A program made the translations under genes and the position numbers. The notes beneath the pieces are model-generated. The model searched no databases, was not told where the DNA came from, and worked only from the letters and a program-made list of their open reading frames with translations. Below, piece after piece: positions 58,560-63,711 of a stretch of 64,000 nt of DNA. The stretch's first letter is position 1. Each line of letters starts with the position of its first letter. Source of the DNA: a virus (Duplodnaviria; Caudoviricetes); the IMG/VR virus record IMGVR_UViG_3300014039_000024, positions 1 through 64,000 of that record; one strand, written 5' to 3'.

Positions 58560-59057
58560 ATGAAAATTATTTACATCAAGTCTCACGTGCGGATTCGCCG
58601 GTCTATCAATTTGGATATGGACGGCACTATTGCTGACCTTTACGGCGTTAAGGACTGGCTTCCGCTTCTCCGTTCGGAAAATCCTAGGCCTTACCGAATG
58701 GCAATCCCTATGTGCGACATGACCGCGTTGAATGAAGTGTGCGAACTTCTCCGTGCGGACGGCTGGGAAATCAATATCATTACTTGGCTTTCTAAGGATT
58801 CGAGCGAGGAATACAAAGATGCCGTTCGTAAAGCAAAGCGCGCTTGGTTGAAAGAGCAGGGTTTCCACTACGACCATTTTCACGGCATTCAGTATGGCGC
58901 GACCAAAGCCGACAGTGTGCGCGACCGTTATGATTTTTCTATCCTTGTTGATGATAACAAAAAAGTCCGTGATGGTTGGCACATTGGTTCAACTATTGAC
59001 CCAACCGCTGAAAATTTGGTTGAAGCGCTGAAAGAAATTTTGGAGAAAGGGGCTTGA
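58560..59057 (+). CDS. HAD-superfamily 5'(3')-deoxyribonucleotidase-like phosphatase, 165 aa
   Basis: LDMDGTIADL (DxDxT), ITW, K, ILVDD motifs; AAGGGG RBS before 58560. Confidence 0.85.
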   Translation: MKIIYIKSHVRIRRSINLDMDGTIADLYGVKDWLPLLRSENPRPYRMAIPMCDMTALNEVCELLRADGWEINIITWLSKDSSEEYKDAVRKAKRAWLKEQGFHYDHFHGIQYGATKADSVRDRYDFSILVDDNKKVRDGWHIGSTIDPTAENLVEALKEILEKGA

Positions 59058-59082
59058 CAAGCCCCGCTCCATGTGTTATAAT
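59049..59082 (+). promoter_or_regulatory. Promoter with -35 at hairpin apex
   Basis: GGGGCTT-GAC-AAGCCCC; TTGACA-17-TATAAT; upstream TGA stop lies inside the -35. Confidence 0.8.
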
Positions 59083-59109
59083 CAATGTATCAAATGAAAG
59101 GGTGATAAA

Positions 59110-59253
59110 ATGATGCCTTACTTTTGGCTTACTCTTGGTGTTCTCGCAAAAGTGACTGGACAGACTGAGGGCGGTAACTATTACTATGAAACCGTTGTCT
59201 CCAAAGAAATTGGACTCGTAACCGCAGAATGGGTTCATAGCCATTTGATGTGA
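59110..59253 (+). CDS. 47-aa hypothetical protein
   Basis: GAAAGGGTG RBS; MMPYFWLTLGVLAKVTG... Confidence 0.55.
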   Translation: MMPYFWLTLGVLAKVTGQTEGGNYYYETVVSKEIGLVTAEWVHSHLM

Positions 59254-59262
59254 GGTAAAAAA

Positions 59263-59577
59263 ATGTTGTACTTAATGATGGATGATTTAGCCAACAGTCA
59301 TTTGGTAAAAGTTGGTTATTCCGATGGCACTAAAAATCTCGCAAAGCGTCGCAAAAGCTATTATAGCCATAATCCAAAAGCAATAATGCGTAGTACCTGT
59401 GCGGGCAGTCGAGACATGGAAAATACTTGTCATCAGACTTTAAGTGAGTTAGGTATCCGCATTAGTGGTACAGAATGGTTTGAAGTGCCAGCGGATTTGT
59501 TTGATTCTCTTTACTATAAAGGAATGGCATTTTTTAGACCAAATCATAAGCCGATTCATTTCTTAGAAGAATTTTGA
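59263..59577 (+). CDS. T5orf172/GIY-YIG-like protein, 104 aa
   Basis: LYLM..LVKVGYS..R..ME..H..GTEWF. Confidence 0.75.
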   Translation: MLYLMMDDLANSHLVKVGYSDGTKNLAKRRKSYYSHNPKAIMRSTCAGSRDMENTCHQTLSELGIRISGTEWFEVPADLFDSLYYKGMAFFRPNHKPIHFLEEF

Positions 59578-59591
59578 AAAGGGGAAAAATT

Positions 59592-59846
59592 ATGAAAGTA
59601 AATTTTGGCGACAAAGGCAAGCTCCAAATTATGAATATTTTGTGCGGTGGCACGTTCACCACGCAAAGGAGCGAGGGCGGAACGGGAATGTATCTCAAAG
59701 TTGATGGCAACAACAAAGCTCCGTTTATTAAATCAAGGGGTTGGCAATTTTGTTATGCAGTCAATCTTGAAACGGGTCAGATTCGAGAATTTTCTCGTGA
59801 ACAGTTGGTTACCCCTGTTAAAACCGAAGTCAATGTAATTGACTAA
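59592..59846 (+). CDS. 84-aa hypothetical protein
   Basis: AAGGGG RBS; terminator 59857-59887. Confidence 0.7.
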   Translation: MKVNFGDKGKLQIMNILCGGTFTTQRSEGGTGMYLKVDGNNKAPFIKSRGWQFCYAVNLETGQIREFSREQLVTPVKTEVNVID

Positions 59847-59897
59847 TTTCAAAATGAAAATCTCCCCAAAAATGGGGAGATTTTTTTGTTTATTTTG

Positions 59898-60084
59898 ACT
59901 ATTGACACCGACCGGGGAATGTGATAAAATTGGCCGGTCGCCCACGCACGTTGCGACCGGAATTTACCATTATACACCCTGCCAGCATTTTTGTCAAGAG
60001 AAATTTTGCACAAATTTGATTATTTTCAGATCCCGAAACTTGTGCAATTTGTCAATAGACAAATCAATACTGACCTGCTATAAT
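59898..60084 (+). repeat. Early-arm element copy 7 (complete)
   Basis: TTGACA-17-TAAAAT (59902-59930); hairpin CCGGTCGC/GCGACCGG 59934-59960; antisense promoter; TGCACAA/TTGTGCA; TAGACA-17-TATAAT (60056-60084). Confidence 0.9.
59969..59997 (-). promoter_or_regulatory. Antisense sigma-A promoter in element 7
   Basis: Minus-strand TTGACA-17-TATAAT. Confidence 0.8.
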
Positions 60085-60089
60085 ACATA

Positions 60090-60205
60090 ATGTCAGGAGG
60101 AAAGAGTAAGACCTGCGGAAAGGCGGTTCACCTGACCATTGTACCAGAAGTCGGTGCGAAAGTCTCAAGCGTGGCGTGCCGAACAAACTTTCAAAAAAGT
60201 TTGAA
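60090..60205 (+). ncRNA. Candidate structured small RNA A
   Basis: Follows promoter 60056-60084, no RBS before the ATG at 60090; stems GTCAGG/CCTGAC and TCGGTGCG/CGTGCCGA. Confidence 0.4.
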
Positions 60206-60212
60206 AAACCCC

Positions 60213-60241
60213 TTGACAAATCGCTCATCCTATGGTACAAT
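60213..60241 (+). promoter_or_regulatory. Sigma-A promoter
   Basis: TTGACA-17-TACAAT with TG extension. Confidence 0.8.
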
Positions 60242-60272
60242 GAATACATCAAATGAGAGAGGTATAAACAAG

Positions 60273-60377
60273 ATGACTATTGAAGCTCGTCCACCGCCTA
60301 AAAAAATTCGCAAAAACCTATTGACAAACCCGCAAATCTATGATACAATAACTACATCAAAGACAAGGACAGTCTAA
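60273..60377 (+). CDS. 34-aa micro-ORF MTIEARPPPKK...
   Basis: Own promoter and GAGAGAGG RBS; runs across the next promoter. Confidence 0.4.
   Translation: MTIEARPPPKKIRKNLLTNPQIYDTITTSKTRTV
60321..60349 (+). promoter_or_regulatory. Sigma-A promoter
   Basis: TTGACA-17-TACAAT with TG extension. Confidence 0.8.
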
Positions 60378-60400
60378 AATACCAGAAAGGAATTGATACT

Positions 60401-60775
60401 ATGTCTACTTCTACTGTTAAGAAGCTCACCAAGCGCGACCGTTTCGAGGCTCTTCTCAAGATGACCGAGGTTCAGGCAAACCCTGATATGGTTGAGTTCA
60501 TCAACCATGAGATTGAGCTTCTCGCCAAGAAGAACGCGGGCGATAAGAAGCCCACAGCCAAGCAGATGGAGAATGACGCGGTGAAGCAGGTCATTCTGGA
60601 CGCCATGACCGAGAACGCGGGTAAGCTGTTCACTGTGACTGACCTGATTAAGAGCGTCCCCGAACTGGGGGATTACTCCAATCAGCGTGTTTCCGCTCTT
60701 CTGCGCCAGATGATTGAAGCGGGTGCTGTCGTTAAGACGGTCGATAAGCGCAAGTCTTATTTCTCCCTTGCGTAA
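60401..60775 (+). CDS. Winged-helix-like DNA-binding protein, paralog 1 (124 aa)
   Basis: FTVTDLIK..SNQRVSALLRQM..VVKTVDKRKSYF; terminator 60783-60812. Confidence 0.7.
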   Translation: MSTSTVKKLTKRDRFEALLKMTEVQANPDMVEFINHEIELLAKKNAGDKKPTAKQMENDAVKQVILDAMTENAGKLFTVTDLIKSVPELGDYSNQRVSALLRQMIEAGAVVKTVDKRKSYFSLA

Positions 60776-60825
60776 AGGGCAAGGGACAGGGGATAAAAAA
60801 ATCCCCTGTCCCGCATAAAAAAGTC

Positions 60826-60854
60826 TTGACAAATCCAAAAGTAAGCGTTATAAT
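60826..60854 (+). promoter_or_regulatory. Sigma-A promoter
   Basis: TTGACA-17-TATAAT. Confidence 0.85.
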
Positions 60855-60918
60855 ACTTATAGAGGTTGAGAGAACGATGGTAAACCTCAATCGAATTTTA
60901 TGAATGGAGACATACAAC

Positions 60919-61695
60919 ATGAGCATTGATAAGCGCAGAAACTACGGTATCATGTTAGATACTGAAACCGCGAACACTATCCAGCAGGGCGATAAACTGG
61001 ATATGTCGAACGTCTTGCCGTATGATTTTGGATGGGCGGTCATTGATTCCAAGGGCAACGTCTATGAAACTTATTCCTTTGTGAATCGCGACATTTTCTG
61101 CTATGAGCGCGACCTGATGCAGTCCGCCTATTACGCCGACAAGATTCCCCGCTATATCGAGGACATTGCGAACGGCACCCGAATCATGGCAGACCTATTT
61201 GAAATTCGACAGGCTTTCTGCGACTGCGTGGAACGCTATAATTGTTCTTTTGTGTGTGCTCACAACATGAGATTTGACCTTAATGCTTGCAACAATGCTC
61301 AGCGTTGGGACACGAAAAGCAAGTATCGCTATTTCTTCCCTTACGGGCTTGAAGTGTGGGACACTCTGAAAATGGCGCGACAGATTATCGGCAAGATGCC
61401 TACTTACCGCGATTATTGCGAACAAAACGGCTACAAGACTAAAAATGGACAGCTCCGCTTTACCGCAGAAATCCTTTACCGCTTTATTAGTGGTGAAGAA
61501 GAATTTGATGAATCGCATACGGGACTTGAAGATGTTCTGATTGAAGTTGAGATTTTGAAGTATTGTGTTCGTCAGCACAAGGCAATGGAAAAGTCTCTTT
61601 TCAAGAAACCAGAAACGGAACGCCCGCGCCCTACGGACTTCCAGCGGGAACTCATGCGAAACATTAAGGAAAATCCAATGGTAAACATGAGATAA
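60919..61695 (+). CDS. DEDDh-family 3'-5' exonuclease, ~258 aa
   Basis: LDTET (ExoI), AHNMRFD (ExoII), HTGLED (ExoIII); GGAG RBS favours ATG 60919 over 60904. Confidence 0.85.
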   Translation: MSIDKRRNYGIMLDTETANTIQQGDKLDMSNVLPYDFGWAVIDSKGNVYETYSFVNRDIFCYERDLMQSAYYADKIPRYIEDIANGTRIMADLFEIRQAFCDCVERYNCSFVCAHNMRFDLNACNNAQRWDTKSKYRYFFPYGLEVWDTLKMARQIIGKMPTYRDYCEQNGYKTKNGQLRFTAEILYRFISGEEEFDESHTGLEDVLIEVEILKYCVRQHKAMEKSLFKKPETERPRPTDFQRELMRNIKENPMVNMR

Positions 61696-61702
61696 AAAAA
61701 AT

Positions 61703-61743
61703 AGGGAACAGGGCTTGACAAGTCCTGTTCCCTGTGATATAAT
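61703..61743 (+). promoter_or_regulatory. Promoter with -35 at apex of 14-bp hairpin
   Basis: AGGGAACAGGGCTT-GAC-AAGTCCTGTTCCCT (one G.T pair); TTGACA-17-TATAAT. Confidence 0.8.
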
Positions 61744-61773
61744 AAGTACATCCAAAAGAAAGAGGTGTTTCCT

Positions 61774-62052
61774 ATGAACGCAAAACAAGTCCTTTTTGTA
61801 GACCCTAATGAGAATGACCCGCACATGGGTATTCTGATTGACCATGATTACATCATCTGCGCGGAATGCGGTGGCGTTTTTGAAGCTGATGAAGTGCTCA
61901 TCATTAAGACTTATGACTTTTGGGTCAACTTTGAAAATGAAATCGCGGACGAGCTTGACCTACTGACTGCTCAAACCATTGCAAAAGAATTGAATATCGC
62001 GGGCAAGTCAGGGCGCGATATTTGGGCAGAAAAAATTAAAGAAGAATTCTGA
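61774..62052 (+). CDS. 92-aa protein with CxxC
   Basis: GAGGTG RBS; ICAECGG; terminator 62054-62081. Confidence 0.75.
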   Translation: MNAKQVLFVDPNENDPHMGILIDHDYIICAECGGVFEADEVLIIKTYDFWVNFENEIADELDLLTAQTIAKELNIAGKSGRDIWAEKIKEEF

Positions 62053-62091
62053 CAAAAGGGAGAGAAATCTCCCTTTTTTTTGTTTATTTTG

Positions 62092-62277
62092 CCTATTGAC
62101 AAATGCGGATTTCTATGTTAAAATGGGCGGCCCGCGAACGCCCAACGCGGGCCGAATTCACCATTATACCACGCCCCGCCAATTTTGTCAAGAGAAAAGT
62201 TACATAAAAATGAAAAAAGTTTTTTCCCGTAATTTGGTTATTTTGTCAATTGCAATTCGTGGGCAATCTGTTATAAT
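62092..62277 (+). repeat. Early-arm element copy 8 (complete core)
   Basis: TTGACA-17-TAAAAT (62096-62124); hairpin CGGCCCGCG/CGCGGGCCG 62128-62154; antisense promoter; degenerate inverted repeat; TG-TATAAT at 62272. Confidence 0.85.
62163..62191 (-). promoter_or_regulatory. Antisense sigma-A promoter in element 8
   Basis: Minus-strand TTGACA-17-TATAAT with TG extension. Confidence 0.8.
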
Positions 62278-62282
62278 AGATA

Positions 62283-62365
62283 ATGTCAAGAGGGAATGAC
62301 ACTGAGGTAAACCACGGCAAGCCTATGTGGGACGGGTTCAAATCCCTTTAAGGACGCTTAAAAAA
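62283..62365 (+). ncRNA. Candidate small RNA B
   Basis: Follows the -10 at 62272; AGAGGGA/TCCCTTT closing stem, GGGTTCAAATCCC T-loop-like hairpin; no RBS. Confidence 0.35.
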
Positions 62366-62379
62366 AGTGAAATTCCCTC

Positions 62380-62408
62380 TTGACAAAACCCCGCAAGCGT
62401 GCTACAAT
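62380..62408 (+). promoter_or_regulatory. Sigma-A promoter
   Basis: TTGACA-17-TACAAT with TG extension. Confidence 0.8.
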
Positions 62409-62413
62409 AGATA

Positions 62414-62620
62414 ATGTCAAGAGGAAGTAGCCCAAGAAATCCGAGGGCGCGCGACTTCGAGAAAGTATAGGAAGTAAACGTAATACACCACGTAGTAAAG
62501 CCAAACGTTGAACGCGAAAGTGAGTTTGACTTGTCAGTTTGCGGATATGTCCGCAACGTTAAATAAGCAAACAAGACCTTATCCGTCAGGTCGGGGTTGT
62601 AAATCGTGTAAAAAGTTTGC
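62414..62620 (+). ncRNA. Candidate ~200-nt multi-hairpin RNA C
   Basis: Own promoter, no RBS; stems GAAGT/ACTTC, GCCC/GGGC, AACGTTG/CAACGTT enclosing GC-GAAA-GT, GA-CTTG-TC and GCGGA/TCCGC, then GACC/GGTC. Confidence 0.5.
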
Positions 62621-62628
62621 AAAACCTC

Positions 62629-62657
62629 TTGACAAACTTCTCAAAGTGTGGTACACT
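62629..62657 (+). promoter_or_regulatory. Sigma-A promoter
   Basis: TTGACA-17-TACACT with TG extension. Confidence 0.75.
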
Positions 62658-62707
62658 TAATACATCAAAAGGGTAGCGACCTACCGCCAAAGAAAGGAAT
62701 TGATACT

Positions 62708-63085
62708 ATGTCTACTTCTACTGTTAAGAAGCTCACCAAGCGCGACCGTTTCGAGATGCTCCTGACCATGGATGAGGTCAAAGCTGACGCCGGCATGGTT
62801 GAGTTCATCAACCATGAGATTGACCTGCTCGCTCGCAAGAACGCGTCTGATAAAAAGCCGACCGCGAATCAGGTGGCGAATGACGGCTACAAGGATATTA
62901 TCTTTGCTGAGCTGTCCGCGAATCCCGACCGCCTGTACACTGTGACCGAGCTTATCAAGGGCGTTGATGGTCTGGGCGACCTGTCCAATCAGCGCGTTTC
63001 CGCTCTGCTCCGTCAGATGGTGGAAGCCAACGGCGTTGAAAAGGTCGTTGAAAAGCGCAAGTCTTATTTCCGTCTTGCCCACTAA
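62708..63085 (+). CDS. Winged-helix-like DNA-binding protein, paralog 2 (125 aa)
   Basis: Same MSTSTVKKLTKRDRFE start and SNQRVSALLRQM..KRKSYF as 60401 gene; hairpin 63092-63121. Confidence 0.7.
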   Translation: MSTSTVKKLTKRDRFEMLLTMDEVKADAGMVEFINHEIDLLARKNASDKKPTANQVANDGYKDIIFAELSANPDRLYTVTELIKGVDGLGDLSNQRVSALLRQMVEANGVEKVVEKRKSYFRLAH

Positions 63086-63133
63086 GAACGTGGGAGTGCC
63101 CGAAAAAAATCGGGCACTCCCGCAAATTTCCCC

Positions 63134-63162
63134 TTGACAACTGCCTTGTGTAGTGCTATAAT
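63134..63162 (+). promoter_or_regulatory. Sigma-A promoter
   Basis: TTGACA-17-TATAAT with TG extension. Confidence 0.85.
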
Positions 63163-63185
63163 CATACTTGAAAGGGGGCTATGAA

Positions 63186-63593
63186 ATGCCTAAAATGAGC
63201 GAGAAAGACTTTCAGGCAAAGATTGACAATCTAATGAAAAAGTTAGATTGCACTGCCGAGGAAGCAAAAGAAATTCTGATGGACGATGATGATATTGACC
63301 ATGGAATCGCCAAGGACTTTGATTTGTCTGCTGACAAGCTGAAAGAAGCTAACAAGTATTCCAAGACTGGAACGCGCAAAGCGCCGACCGCTTACAAGTT
63401 TGAAAAGCGACAGCGTAAAGAGAACCCCACAAAACGCTCTATTATCGCTGAACTTGCAACTTTTTTGCGGGAAAACAGTGAAAATGCGTGCGAAAACGTA
63501 GAAATTACGAACGTAGAACGTATGATTGCGTTCAATGTGGGCGAAAATGCCTATGAATTGACGTTAATCCAGAAGCGAAAGCCCAAAAATTGA
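63186..63593 (+). CDS. 135-aa hypothetical protein
   Basis: AAGGGGG RBS; followed by 14-bp hairpin 63601-63637. Confidence 0.75.
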   Translation: MPKMSEKDFQAKIDNLMKKLDCTAEEAKEILMDDDDIDHGIAKDFDLSADKLKEANKYSKTGTRKAPTAYKFEKRQRKENPTKRSIIAELATFLRENSENACENVEITNVERMIAFNVGENAYELTLIQKRKPKN

Positions 63594-63711
63594 TGAAAAA
63601 TGGTGGAAAACCGCTGAAAAAATGCGGTTTTCCACCAGAAAAAGGCCAAAAATGTTAAAAAATGGTTGAAGAAACGATGGTACACTTCAATCAATAGAAA
63701 GGAAAATGTTC

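Noticed and set aside
49143-62277. Regularly spaced repeats as a CRISPR array
   Set aside because: The intervals are 1.6-2.2 kb of genes, repeats are degenerate and promoter-rich, and no cas genes are seen.
62283-62355. tRNA or amber suppressor suggested by GGGTTCAAATCCC
   Set aside because: The T-arm has a mismatch, the acceptor stem does not pair and no D or anticodon arm can be built; kept only as an ncRNA candidate.
62338-62622. Minus-strand 94-aa ORF, and similar minus-strand ORFs across 49-64 kb
   Set aside because: No RBS, they cross promoters and terminators, and they oppose well-supported plus-strand units.
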